64,000 nucleotides of DNA, taken from the NCBI RefSeq assembly GCF_009914755.1, contig NC_060947.1. The stretch is one strand, 5' to 3'. A program made the position numbers and the translations under genes. The stretch is from the human T2T-CHM13v2.0 reference genome, Homo sapiens. The notes below the pieces were generated by a model that was not told the origin of the DNA, did not search any database, and saw only the letters and a program-made list of their open reading frames with translations. Positions within the stretch are counted from its first letter, which is position 1; each line of letters begins with the position of its first letter. Positions 1-16,027 of this stretch are shown piece after piece.

Positions 1-225
1 CTATACAGTGTGGATACACTGGACAAAGAGAGGATTTGTATGCCAGGTAAAAGAGTGTGGGACAGTGCAAGATTTCATCATGCTACTCTGAATGGTCCAC
101 AATTTAAAACACATGAGTTTTTTATTTCTGCAATTTTCCATTTAATATTTTTGGACCATGGTTGATTGCAGGTAACTAAAGCTGTGGAAGGGTAAACAAA
201 ACTATGGATAAGTGGGGGGCTACTG
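1..225 (-). mobile_element. Tigger2/MER8-family DNA transposon end (truncated by window edge)
   Basis: Ends in GGATAAGTGGGGGGCTACTG + TA, matching the TcMar-Tigger TIR and TA target site; internal sequence resembles the recalled MER8/Tigger2 consensus. Confidence 0.75.
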
Positions 226-862
226 TAACATAATCTTTGGTTTTTAGGTATATCTCAGATGTATCTGAAATAAACATTGAGATACTGAATGAATATTTTA
301 TAGCAACCATCTTTTCTTTAAATCTAAGCATCCTTCTTAACTCTAAAATTATGAATCTAATTTGTGTTACATTTTATATTGCTAATTTCTTATTTTTTTA
401 TTTTATATTTTATGTTCAGTCCATCTTTCCGTTGCTTGGAATATTTTTCTGAGGTAATTAGAAATTTATATCTTCTCCTTAGATTTTTTTCTGAAGTCTT
501 GTTACAGTGTGATGGTTTTTCTTCATTTAATTAATTAGAGAAACTATAGTATAACTAAATTCATGATTGAACACATTTTATACAAATTACAATTGAGAGC
601 CGAGGGACTATCTTCAGCATTAAAAACTCAAACATTCCTAACTTTACTGTAATGCCCTTCAAATTAGGATTGGGTTTATTTAGCATATAAGAGCAAGGGC
701 TATGCAGTACGTAAATACAATACGTACTAAAAAAATGTTTTGTTGCATATTCATTTATTTATTCATATATATTATTACAATTTTATTGAATTTTGTACAA
801 ACCAATGCAGCAATAAAAAACTATGGCTTAGTCTATATCCTCATGAAGATGAGGATAGACTA

Positions 863-918
863 AGATATAAATATAGATATAGATATAAATATAAATATAG
901 ATATAAATATAGATATAA
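863..918. repeat. (TATAGA/TATAAA)n microsatellite
   Basis: Hexamer repeat seen directly. Confidence 0.85.
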
Positions 919-944
919 AACCAATATTCATTTTAATCATCCTA

Positions 945-1070
945 AGTGCTTAAAGAAAACATCCAGGAGATTAGAGGGACCTAGTTTGGGAGGACAGGGA
1001 AGGCTTCCCTGAGGAAGTGATATTTAAGCTGAATCTTTAAACATGAATAAGGATTAGATAAGCAAAGAGA
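945..1070 (-). mobile_element. L2 fragment
   Basis: gggaaggcttccctgaggaagtgatatttaagctga is typical of antisense L2. Confidence 0.6.
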
Positions 1071-1953
1071 ATAGGAAATTTTTTTTAATATGGACAAATT
1101 AGAGCTTAATATTTTAAAAATATATAAATCTGAGATTGGATATTCCGAACTAACAATTCAAGTTATTTAAACATTGTGAGCTTTATAACAACATGGAAAT
1201 AACAATATATGGCAGTTTTAGAACCTTGCTGAAAAATAACCTTGGTAAATCTAAATTTTATTTAAAATGAAGCTGTGTGGCACACATTGATTCAAACTGT
1301 CTGTAAATGGAGTATTGAGAAGGAATATGACAGCCAGCAAATGTCAATGGCGACTTTGATTAAGAACAGAATGTTGAAAAACAAATACCTAACAAAAACT
1401 AATCAATTAAAGTGTGTGTGGAGTGGAGGGAGGAATAGCTCAAAACACGAAAGATGTTTATAAGGAGCCACTATGATATCTAATTCTCCATGCCATTTAA
1501 TAAGCAGACTAGCCATGACTGTGTACCTGACCTGTTGACCCCAATAACTCATTATTCAAGTGTTTACTAGATAATTTTCATCCAACAGCAAATTTCACTG
1601 TGCCTATTCTAGGTAACTGTATGCTGGGGCCCTCTGGGTGATAAAAGGTGTTTTATTAGCTGCTTCCAGACACCCCAGTTCTCACAAGGTTAAATAAATT
1701 GTATGCCTGCTAAATGAGTTAGCAGGAGATTTAAAAATAGAATTCAAGGTTTTTTTTTTTTTTTTCCTTTGTGCTTTCTTACTGTGGTTACACTATCTTT
1801 AAAGTTTGTGTTGGTTTTTCAGCAGCACAGGTCTAGATTAGTTGCATTTGTATACTTCCAAAGAGTTGCATATTTATTTGTCCTAATATATATATTTAAA
1901 AAAAAAGTTGTTCAGAGATAAAGGGTAAACACAATAAGCTTACTGATCATTCA

Positions 1954-2363
<410 letters not shown>

Positions 2364-3029
2364 GTGGTGTTTGCACTTGAGGAGTTTTTGATATTACTAA
2401 TGTTATGAAAGGTCTGCATATTCTCACAAGACATGAAGCTGAAAACGTAAAATATCCTTCTGAATTCTGGGGTTTTTTGTTTTAAATTAGGGAGATTTGG
2501 AAAATACCTGCTATAGTATTTCATTTCTGCTGTGTTCTATGTGAATATAATGTGAATGCTCACTGAATGTATATGCTATACCACTGGTTGAAACTTCTGC
2601 AAGTTTATTTTCACTTTTGAAGGTGTATATTATTTCCATTTTTACAGGAAAGAGGGAGTAAATACACTCAGGACTAATAGTTGCTTATTTACAAAAATGT
2701 TCAGAAATTACAAGTCATTACTTTAATAAAAAGTTTATCATAGTACTGAGTGTTTCAAAATATTATTTCTAGAGATATTGTTTATTTTCAGAGAAACAAT
2801 CTGTTGAAATGTAGATTTCTAAAGTATTTTCTGCATTTGATATCAAGTGTCCATAGAAAAACGCAGTATCCTTTAGGGGTACCAAGCTAACTAATAAGTG
2901 TGTTTCACATACATTTCGAAAGTTATGTTGCTTTTATTATAAGTTGGAATTTTCTTCCCATTGGAATAACGAGCGTTTTCTTTAAAAAGGCTGTTAAAGA
3001 GAAAAAAACACTGACCCAGGAGTAGCCCA

Positions 3030-3210
3030 AACACCTGGATTGTGATGCTTTCAGCGATATAGCTGCATGAATTTCAACAGCACAGTCACCTAGCATGAAT
3101 CTTGTTTTCTTTGTTGTTATCTGCCCTGCATGTCACACATGGTTGTTACGAGGATCAAATGACATAATATATGTGCAAATGCTTGTAAGTTACAACTTGT
3201 TGTATAATGT
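3030..3210 (+). mobile_element. MIR fragment
   Basis: ggttgttacgaggatcaaatgacataatatatgtgcaaatgctt matches the MIR core/3' region. Confidence 0.55.
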
Positions 3211-4419
3211 AAGGTACACCTATTTTCTGAAAGCTAAGCTATAAGTATTTTTTATCCAGTAGAGGGAGTCAACCATTTGCATGTTATAAAAACCAGATCT
3301 AAATTTCTTCTCCTCTTAAAATAATTTATTCTTAAATCAAAGTAAATATTTGGAGTAAAGTATATGTGTGTGAGAATTCATTTTTATTGATAGAACAGTG
3401 ATAAAATATTTGATGAATACATGGGTATTTAATAATATATTACATATATTGACAAAACTCATTTGATTCCCTTGAAGTACACTTTTTTAATTTTGTATTC
3501 CAGGGTACTAGGTAAAATCATTCATGGTGGTCATTGGTTGTTTATGCTAGATATTGGACTATTTCAGCCTTGATGTCTACTGTGAACACTGATGTAGTGG
3601 CCAGTGGTGACAATAAAGTAAATTGACAACCATGAGTCAGAATTTTAGAACTTGGTTGAACCTTCCATGTGGCATGGCTGTAGATGAAATGAAGGCTCAA
3701 ACAGATGTGGTGAAATGGCATTTTATCTGGCCTATTGACAATATCCAAGGAGTCTGCTCTGGTCATGAGAATGCAGCTGCATGTTCTTTCAGGCAGACCT
3801 TTGGCAGAATTGTGGTTCCAGGAGATCAGTCTGGTTTGGAGCAAAAATTCTTGCCAAGCTTTGGGATTCACCATGCAGGATGCTATATTCAATTCCTAGA
3901 GGGAAAGGTTAGCATAATGCCAAGTTAGCTAGTGTTCAAGTCAGGTTCCTGGCCCAGCAAGGGACGTTTACCCTAAGTACCTGGGACTCAAGACTTAGGA
4001 CAGGAAAGATAAATCTAGATGTGACTTACAGGCAATACTGTGGATCCTAACTATTTTGAGTTCCCTTGTCATAATTGAGCCTGCAGACAGTAGGTGTCAT
4101 TGCCTGGAAGCAGCCATTTGTGAGGCTGGAGGAACATACTAAGAAACACACAGCTGAAATGTGACAGATATGTCCGCTTCTCTCTGCTTCTTTTAACTGA
4201 TGTGGGAATTTGATTGATACAACCAAGAAAAACTTGTTATTTTTGATACCTCTGAAGACAATCCCTGTATTAGAAATTTAAAAGCCTGGAGTCACATGTA
4301 TTTGTGTCTCATGTTCCAATTGAAGGTTTGAATTTTGAAAGAGTTTAGGAGGAAGATAAGTCAATGGTTGACTATGTACCTAAATTTATTAAAATTTTAA
4401 ATTAAATATTTAGTAAAGT

Positions 4420-6200
<1,781 letters not shown>

Positions 6201-6659
6201 GCTTCTAGTCTGGTGGGATTTTTAATGACTTATAAAAAATTCTCCCCGGACTTTATGGGGTAAAAGGAAAATGAGAATGGCAGAGATTTTTAAGGTTTTA
6301 ATGTTATGAATGCTAAAGTATTCTGCTAAGTAAAAATGATAATAACTTTTATTGATCATGTTCTATGGACCAGGAACCATAGAGTGTTCTGCATTTATTC
6401 TTTCGTTCTGAAATGCTTGAAAACTGAAAAGGAGGTTTAGGCAGGATATACTTGTCTCCATAAGATAGAAGGGCTGTGATAGGATGGAACAATTTGAATA
6501 GTCCTTTTTCATTCCATTGGAGGTTAAAAAAATCTATTATCAGTAAAGTAAAAATTATAAGGAAACAGATCTTAATGCTAACAAAACAAAACAAAACAGC
6601 AACATACGTGTCCCTTTCTTTGCTTTCTCCACCTCAGGAAATTGACATTGCCGTACTTC

Positions 6660-7530
6660 CAGATGTCTAAACTAGAAACTTGTGTTTCATACTTGATTCC
6701 TTGCACTTCCTCATTCTCTACTTCCAATCTGTGACCACATTCTATCTATTCTAACTGCTAAAATATTTCTGAAACTCATCTGCTCCTTCCCATTACCCCT
6801 GTCACCTTTTTAGTTTAGGCCACCATCCTCATCACCTTGATTACAATAGCAGTCTCCTAACTGGTCTCTTTCCTTCCATCCTTACCCCCTTTCTTCTATT
6901 CGCTACACAAATCTAAACATGTCACTCACCAGCTTACAAAAATCCTCAGTGATTTCACTTCGCTGGATTAAGTCCAAACCCCTTAATGGGGCTTTCAAGG
7001 TCTTCATGACTTATATTTACTTCACCAGCATCTGCTCCCCAGCAAATAAATTCATTCTCCCTTTCCTGCTCCTTGTCCCTTTCCCCACCCCATCTCTCTC
7101 AGTCACACACATGCAAATGTACACACAAATACATGTACACCCCTACAGCCATACCGAACTTCTTCCATTTCCATGACTCTGTTTCATTCTCTCTCATCAC
7201 TGAATCTTCCACGGTGCTGTGCCCTCCACCTGGAACACTCTCCGTTACTTGTCCAACCTCGCCTGAGCTTTCTCTTATGATCTCTTGTTCTTGCTTATCC
7301 TTCAGTTTTCATATTAGACATTCCTTCTCCTACAAAGGCTTTTTGGACATCTGGGTTGCATCCTCCTATGTGCTACCCTAATACCCCATTCCATACCCTT
7401 TATACTTACATTACTGAAAAATAAGGACCACCTGAGTAGCATTGTACCTTTGGTTTACTACCATATCCGTAGAGTTAGCAGAGTGTCTGGCACATAGTAG
7501 ATGCGTGCTAAGTATTCATTGAATGAATTT
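6660..7530 (+). mobile_element. L2 3' portion
   Basis: Pyrimidine-rich L2 body ending ctggcacatagtagatgc...attcattgaatgaat. Confidence 0.75.
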
Positions 7531-8719
7531 GTATGGTTTGGGCCTGTGTTGTCAACTACTTAAGATTTATATTTTTAACTTCAAATTTGAGCACTGTCTT
7601 CTTGGTCATCATATTATTAACAACAAGCACAATGCCAAACACGGTACATTTTCAGTAATGATTGGAAATGAATGAGTAACTCAGTAAGTATTTGAATGAA
7701 TGATCATTGTAATGGTGACACCTCACTGAGATTAATGAGCATTCATCCTTTCTTTAAGTTCCCTGAAGGGAACTTCATTTGTCTCTGTTTTACCTAACAT
7801 AGTGTCTTACATGTAGTAGACACTCATTGGATAATTACCTTCAATTCCCAAGACTGACCACTATGTACAGAGTTCCAGCTAGTGCTGGCGTTAATTAGGT
7901 GATCTTGACCATATCTGGAATTTGAACTTGAGCTGGATTTCTCTGTATATTTGTGTATGTGTGCCTGTATGCATGGTCATGTCAACATATATTTTTTAAA
8001 GACATAGACTGGTTTTGTATTATGTATACAGTGACCATTAAAACAATGCCATCACACTACAACCAGTCAGAGTTCTCTTCTTGTTGTTGGTTGTTCATTT
8101 GTTTTACTGTGGTTGTTTTTGCCTTGGACTTTGAGAGAATCCTGGACTGTAAACTTTTAAGGCAAGGTTTAAGTCTTGTCCTAATCATTCACTGTGTAGT
8201 CAACAAGAAGGTGTTAGGACTTGAGAAAAAAAATTACCTGAAGGAAATATATATGAGAAACGCTTTATGGGGAAATTTTTTTGTCTTTTCTGCTTGACTG
8301 TAGAACTTCAGGTGTTGTGTAATACGTATTCTTTCACCTCCACTTCCCTCTGTAAATGTGCTTTACTCATAAATGTCTGTCTATAAAGATGTGTCCTGGG
8401 TCTTTAACAAGTAGGAGGTGGTACATACTTGAATAAACATCCTCTAAGTGGTTGAGGTTGAAAAGGTGCAAATCTTTCCTAGTTGAAGTAGGAGAGGCTG
8501 TACCTGCTTTGTTATGAGTCCTTTCTTTGTGTTCTCATTATTCCTTTTTTTTTTTTTTTTTGGTTCTACATTTTTTTCCTGTACTATTTTGTACAGCTCC
8601 TTTCTTATTTTTTTCTTTCACCTCTCAACTCTTTCATTATCACTCTTTTTTCATTTATTGAAACCATATATCCATGTTTTTTGAGTGACTTTGACCAGAA
8701 CAGTTGGTTCAGCTTTCTT

Positions 8720-9700
8720 TTTAAAATAATATTTAATGTATTTCAATTATAAAAGTAACAATCTTTAATTTAGAAAATCTGAAAACAAAGGAAATTTTAA
8801 AGAAGAGAGTATGTATCTAAAATCCTCTTACTTAGGTATAATTATCATTAACATTGCTATAAATTACTATTTAGATTTTTTACCTAATTGAAATCATTCT
8901 GTACCTAGAGTTTTTTTTACCTAATTGAATTTTTTACCTAGTTGAAATCATTTTTTACCTAATTGAAACATTAGGTAAACATTTTTACCTAATTCAAATA
9001 ATTCTGTACCTAGAGTTTTGTATCTCATTTTAAATAATATTGAGTCAAAGATGTATTTCCACATCATTAAAATACTTTAATAGGCCAGACACAGTGGCTC
9101 ATGCCTGTAATCCCAGCACTTTGGGAGGCCAAGGCGGGCAGACTACTTGAGCCCAGAAGTTCGAGATCAGCCTGGGCAACATGGGGAAAGCCTGTCTCTC
9201 TTAAAAATACAAAAAATTAGCCGAGCATGGTGGTGCGCACCTATTGTTTTAGCTACTCCGGATGGGGAGGTGGGAGGATCGCTTGAGCCCAGGAGGTCAA
9301 TGCTGCAGTGATATGTGATCACGCCATTGCACTCCAGCCTGGGAGACAGAGTGAGACCCTGTCTCAAAACAATTTTTAATGGCTGCATAATATTCCATTT
9401 TAAATAGATAAAGCTTACCTCTTTATTTCCCGATATTTGCACTGTTCAATGTATTTACAAGTTTCTCTGATATAAAAATGATGTCATGAATAACTTAGAA
9501 CGTGAAGTCCTAGCTACAGTTCAGATTGTTTCCTGTGAAAGATTCCTAGAAGTAGCATTATCAGGTCAAAAATAAGTCATACTTTTTGAGGCACTTTTTT
9601 TTTTTTTTTTTTTAACCACATGGCTTTCCAGAAATGTTATGCCAAATCTGCTCATTGCTATCAGCATTGTAAAAGAATATCCATCTTACCCCATGGGTAG
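8720..9700 (-). mobile_element. Ancient L1M 3' fragment, interrupted by AluJ
   Basis: ttttaatggctgcataatattccatt and gattcctagaagtagcattatcaggtcaaa are antisense L1M 3' motifs. Confidence 0.55.
9083..9370 (+). mobile_element. AluJ
   Basis: Diverged dimer with AluJ-type ttgagcccaggaggtcaa.gctgcagtg. Confidence 0.9.
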
Positions 9701-10399
9701 GGCTTTTTAGTTTCTTTAACGGTATTGTAGTTTCTTTAACAGAATATTAACAGAATACTGTTAAAAATGGATAAAAATGGATAACTGTGTGAACTGTTAT
9801 CAAATTAATTAAACAAAGAATATTATTTGGCATACATATTTGAATCTTGTTCTGAAGGCAGTGGGTACATGGTGTGTTTTCTTACAATTGGAATGTCTTG
9901 TGTGTGTGTGCTGGGTTGTTATTCTCTGAAATTGCATTACTGTGTTAAATCCCCAAACTAAAGCAGTGAATTTTTTTGTAAGTTCTGTATCTTTGTGGCC
10001 TTGACAACTGAGCCAGTCCTTTGGAGAATAAGCAATCCTGGACTGCATTTTAGGACAATGAGAACTGCCAAAGTCATGAGAGAGAAAGACGAATGGATAG
10101 GACACTGAAGTAGAAATCAGATGCCCTAGGCTTTATTCCCACATCCATTTGTCATTGTGTATCATGGCCAAATTTGATTAAAGAACTTTCCCAATCTGTA
10201 AAACGGGGATAATATGTCTCACCTTACAGGGATGGTAAAGGGATTACTGAAATATTTTTTTCTAATTCATTTTGTGTTCTTCCAAAAGAGCTCTAATATT
10301 CAGAACCAAATACTGAAATCTATCCAAAATCTGAATGGTAGAAATTAACTATTATACTTTCAAGCATTTTAAACCCCAGTTTATTAAGAACCTAACCCC

Positions 10400-10940
10400 T
10401 TAGTGAAGAGGGACAGATAGTCAACAGAAGAATAAACAAAGAAAATACCAAATAGTAATGAGCCTCCAAAAGACTAAAACATTGAGTGTTCTTTTTTGTT
10501 AAGATGCCATTTTAACCCATTTATGCCAGAGGCTGCAGATTTTTTATGTGAACAATCAGACCTTGGCGATGACCTTGAGCAGTAGGATATAATAACTCCC
10601 ACAAGCTTAGTGTTCCGATACTGGAACAGTAGGCATAAGTGGGTTAGTTGTGTGCTGCATCATATTGGTTGGCCAGAGAAGGCCTGTGCAAAGAGGGGAT
10701 ATTTGAATGATGGGAAGGAGACAACCATGTTCAAATTCAGGAAAGGGGCCCTCTAGGCAAAAAGAAGAACACATGCAAAGGTCCTAATGTGAGAATGGGT
10801 TTTGAGTGTTTGAGTGCCAGATAAGAGACCAGTTTGGAAGTTAGTAATTTGGGGCAGGGGAGGGCATCAGATGAAGTTGTAGAAAGAGGTAGGGGAAAAA
10901 TTACCCAGGGCCTGGCAGGCCCCTGGAAGGAGTCCAAATA
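10400..10940 (-). mobile_element. L2 fragment hosting MER85
   Basis: agaaggcctgtg..gaggggatatttgaa and gcaaaggtcctaatgtgagaatg are antisense L2 motifs. Confidence 0.6.
10516..10643. mobile_element. MER85 (non-autonomous piggyBac/PGBD3 MITE)
   Basis: TTAA (10512-10515) then TIR CCCATTTATGCC; internal AATCAGACCTTGGCGATGACCTTGAGCAGTAGGATAT; palindrome GTTCCgatacTGGAAC (10612-10627); right TIR GGCATAAGTGGG followed by TTAG. Confidence 0.92.
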
Positions 10941-10949
10941 GTCCATAGT

Positions 10950-11145
10950 TTGGATCTCTCATACTTACTAGCTGTGTGACCTCAGATAAAGTTTTTTAAC
11001 TTGTGTGAATTTTTGTTCCCATTTATAAAATGTGTGTGATTACTGCTTTTCAAGATTGTTTCTAAGGATTAGGATAATAAATTTAGTGAGTAGTACAGTG
11101 AATGGCACATAGTACACTCAAGAATTGGATATTGTTGATGATGAT
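10950..11145 (+). mobile_element. MIR
   Basis: cttactagctgtgtgacctc core and tggcacatagtacactcaa 3' end. Confidence 0.7.
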
Positions 11146-11164
11146 GTTTGGACAGGAAATAAAT

Positions 11165-11350
11165 GTCCATTGTGTACCTAACTATGTGTCAGGCATAGGG
11201 CCAGACACTTTACATTTATTTATATTTAAATCCTCAAAACAATTCTATAAGATATAATGAAACTGGGAAAAATTGTTACTTGTACAGTTAAACAGTGGTC
11301 TTAAGTAGCAGACTACTGGATTCAAATCAAATTTTCATGACTCCAAAATT
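11165..11350 (-). mobile_element. MIR (antisense, tail-to-tail with the previous MIR)
   Basis: actatgtgtcaggca...tttaaatcctcaaaacaattctataag...ggattcaaatc. Confidence 0.65.
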
Positions 11351-12366
11351 AGTTATCCCTCACTCCTGTATCATATCGAGGGAGTCAATCAGTTGTAATG
11401 TGTTGGTTGCTTTTGTATGTAAATATAATTTGTGACTAGACGTGCTTTTAGAGATGAGGCCAGTCTTTGACCTTACATGAACAGCTCTTGCCAGGTGGGA
11501 AGTTTGTGAATGTTCATATTCCTCTCAATGCTTAGGATCATGCCTCGTTCCTCCTAGAATTTCTTATTATATTCCTTGACTAAGTGGATCTGCATAACAA
11601 TATTAATACTTGCCTGCAACATGCCCCAATTTTTAAAATAACCTAAGGAATATTCAGGTTTTTTGTTTTTGCAAGATTTCTTATTTTTCCCAAAGACATA
11701 TTTCATATAGCAGTCTTTTCCTTTGAGAGTGTTTTGCCCTTAATTGTACTAGTTGGAAGTGTCAGAATAGTGCATTAACCTACTGAGCTCCAGATGGCTG
11801 ACTTTTTTTTGTTATTTTATCTTGTCTTGTTTAAAGGAATATAGAATTGGCAGCAGAGCCCACTAACTGATGTCAGATTTGGTTAGCATAAATTGTATGT
11901 TTAATATCAAGTAAACATGCACTTAAAAATCATATGAGTTGTACTTTTTATTCTTTGCTGTACAAAATCTTCACTGAATATATTTGATAAGTTGAAAGGC
12001 TCATTCATTTTGTGAGAAAGTTTATGAGATTACTGATTATATTACTTATTGAAAATATTTAGTATCTATATCCTACTTTGGGTGTAGAAAAAAGAAATGA
12101 AGCCTTTTGGAGGTATGTGTGTGCATGTCTGTTGAATTGTTAGATTATACTAATTTTTTCTCTGAGAAGTAAATGACATGCTAGAATAGTAAATTGTATA
12201 ATGTGGACCATGAAAAAGTATTATTTCTAAAATAATTGTTTTGAGGAAACAGAAATGTGTGTTTCCTTATATTCAAATTCACAACTTAGGTCCTTAGAGG
12301 TAAGAATGCTACCAGCAGAAACAGATGGTTGGTAATCTGTAAAAGTAATGCCATCATATTGGGTAA

Positions 12367-12822
<456 letters not shown>

Positions 12823-14183
12823 AGATTGTTCTTTCAAGTTAGGATAGGACTTTGGGGTAAGCAGTATTTCGTGATATTCACTGTATACCATTTTAGAACT
12901 GAAATTGGTTCATGCAGCAAAGATGAATTATTTATCACAAAAGGCTTGAATAACCTATACATGCATCACTGCTATAGAAAATAAACACATATGTTTGAGT
13001 TTGTTAGGTAAAATTAGTTTATTGAAATGAAATCCCCCAAAATCAACTTTCATATATTTTTTGAATTTATATATACTAATATAAACAAGTCATTCCTCTT
13101 TTAAATATTAACCAGAGGAGTATCCCACTAAGATACTATTTGATTTCAAATATGTCAGTGTTAACTTTAAATATTTTAATTATACTGTTTAACTACGTGG
13201 CAACATAGGGTACACACTATAGCAGCATCTCTTATACAACTTATCAAATATACATGTTAAATACAAAACCCATAAAATTTAAATTAACATTATTTTAAGT
13301 AATAAATCATTTGCTGACTCTAAATTGCCAATTACAATGTGAATATACTACAGTGCGGGCACTTTTGGGTTCTCTGTGCCTACCGTGCCGTAGGATAACC
13401 CAACTGTGCCACTAGTGTTCTCTGATCTATGGTTAAATTTTGATTGGTATAGCATGCTGCGATGTCATTTGGTCTTTATTTTGGTACATATGTGTTTTCA
13501 CACTAAGGCCATCTCATTAGCCAGAGGTAATGAAAGTTGTACTTCCTGGTAACAGTGTGAATATATGGATGCTGAGACTAATTGGCAGGACTTGGTTATA
13601 AGGTAGTTATCTAGATGATCCAGCTTATGCCTAGCTTTATCATATTAAGAAATGAAACTTCAGAATTTTAACATTACCTTACCAGACTCAGGGATGATTA
13701 AAACTATGTTCAAGGATCCCAGTTTGAGTACCATTGCTGTGAGCTCCAGGTATATTGATCTAACAAATCCCCGAACATAGCATGTTGTATTATGACCCAA
13801 TATTTATTGTAATTTCTAACTGAAATAGCCTTATCTACCTTTGGTGAACAGTTTTTACAGCTGGGCAGACCTTCTTCCCCCGCATAGAGTCAAGTCCTTT
13901 AACCTTCAAACTCCCTTATCACCCCCTATCTATTTTGAAGGCACATATCACATTGACAGTGGTCTGCATGTTGTTGCTTACCATACCTGAATAAGCTCTG
14001 CTGGGATGGTGAGGATATATCATCGCTTATCTCTGTACTCTCAGTGCCTGGAACCTCATGGGAACTCAATTCATGCTGACTGGTAATATTCTAATACAAA
14101 AATGATACCATATGCACAGTAAGAGATAGATGCCTTGTGTCTCTGTAGTCTATTTTGTGAAGAAACCGAGAATCTGTATAATC

Positions 14184-14231
14184 AATGTGTGTGCAGAGAA
14201 TATAGTGAATGTGTGTGCAGAGAATATAGTG
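14184..14231. repeat. Perfect 24-bp tandem duplication
   Basis: AATGTGTGTGCAGAGAATATAGTG x2. Confidence 0.9.
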
Positions 14232-14584
14232 TCCAATTAAAATTTTATGCTTTAAAGAAGAAAAGCTTTTGCTTTAGTATGCATATAGTGGCATATTCCA
14301 AATCATAGATTCAACAGGGCAGGACCTTTGGGATCATCTAGCTCAGTGGGTTTAAAACCTTATTTTATTTAACATAAGAGCAGCTTATTCATAAAAAATC
14401 ATATGTGGGATATGAATAAATTAGAAGATAAATGTGTAAATGCCCTCATTTTTGGGGGAGCAGAGACTTGGGAAGTCTCCCCAGGAGCCTTCCTTTTTTG
14501 CACATTCCCTACTCACCCTCCAAGGCAACCTGGAAAACACCTCAAGGAATTCCATGGACCCCTGTGAAAATAATAGTCTTCTCA

Positions 14585-14908
<324 letters not shown>

Positions 14909-15059
14909 CTACCTAAGGTAAGAATCCTTTTCCAGCATCTCAGACCTAGTGGCAGGTCTTTGCTTGAATAATTTAGGTGAACAGAAACTAATAACTTCAT
15001 AACATGAGCAGTCAACTAGGCAATTGTTAACGAAAGTACTCACTAAATTAATGATAAAA

Positions 15060-15250
15060 TAATGTATAATGGCACCAAACATTAGTTAAGTGCTTATTAT
15101 ATACCAGACCTTATGTTTGACCAGGATCCTTATTTCACCCTTATGACAAGCCTGAGGAGGGTAGATGCTTTATTGTTCCCATTTTGCCAATAAGGAACCT
15201 CAGGCCCAGGAAGTCAAGTAATCACTTGACTAAATTCATACAGCTATTAA
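15060..15250 (-). mobile_element. MIR
   Basis: ttattgttcccattttgccaataaggaacctcaggcccagg (MIR core, antisense). Confidence 0.65.
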
Positions 15251-15544
15251 GGTAAGGAATATTTCAGAAACTTTTGCCTGCTTTTCCCTTTTTGTTATAA
15301 TCCTCCTTTGGAAGCAAATTATGCCCCTTTTTAAGATGGTTTTGTACTGTCCTCAGAGGGCGACTCTATAGCCTGGGTTCTAGCCTTGCTTCTGACAGTT
15401 AGATATAGTCTCAGACAAGACATGACTTCTCCGTGACTCAGTTTTCACAGCAGAAGAAAAAATGGTTTTAGTAATATTTTCCCTGTTGTTAGATTCAGAT
15501 GAAATAGTATGCAGGAAAAGTTGTGAAAGCTGTTTTTGCTATAG

Positions 15545-16027
<483 letters not shown>

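Noticed and set aside
3542-3928. Overlapping 116-aa and 101-aa ORFs as genes
   Set aside because: No recognisable protein or splice context; at most an old repeat relic (see findings).
8875-9019. CRISPR-like repeat array (also considered at 29479-29541 and 42717-42785)
   Set aside because: No unique spacers of regular length, no cas genes, and a mammalian context.
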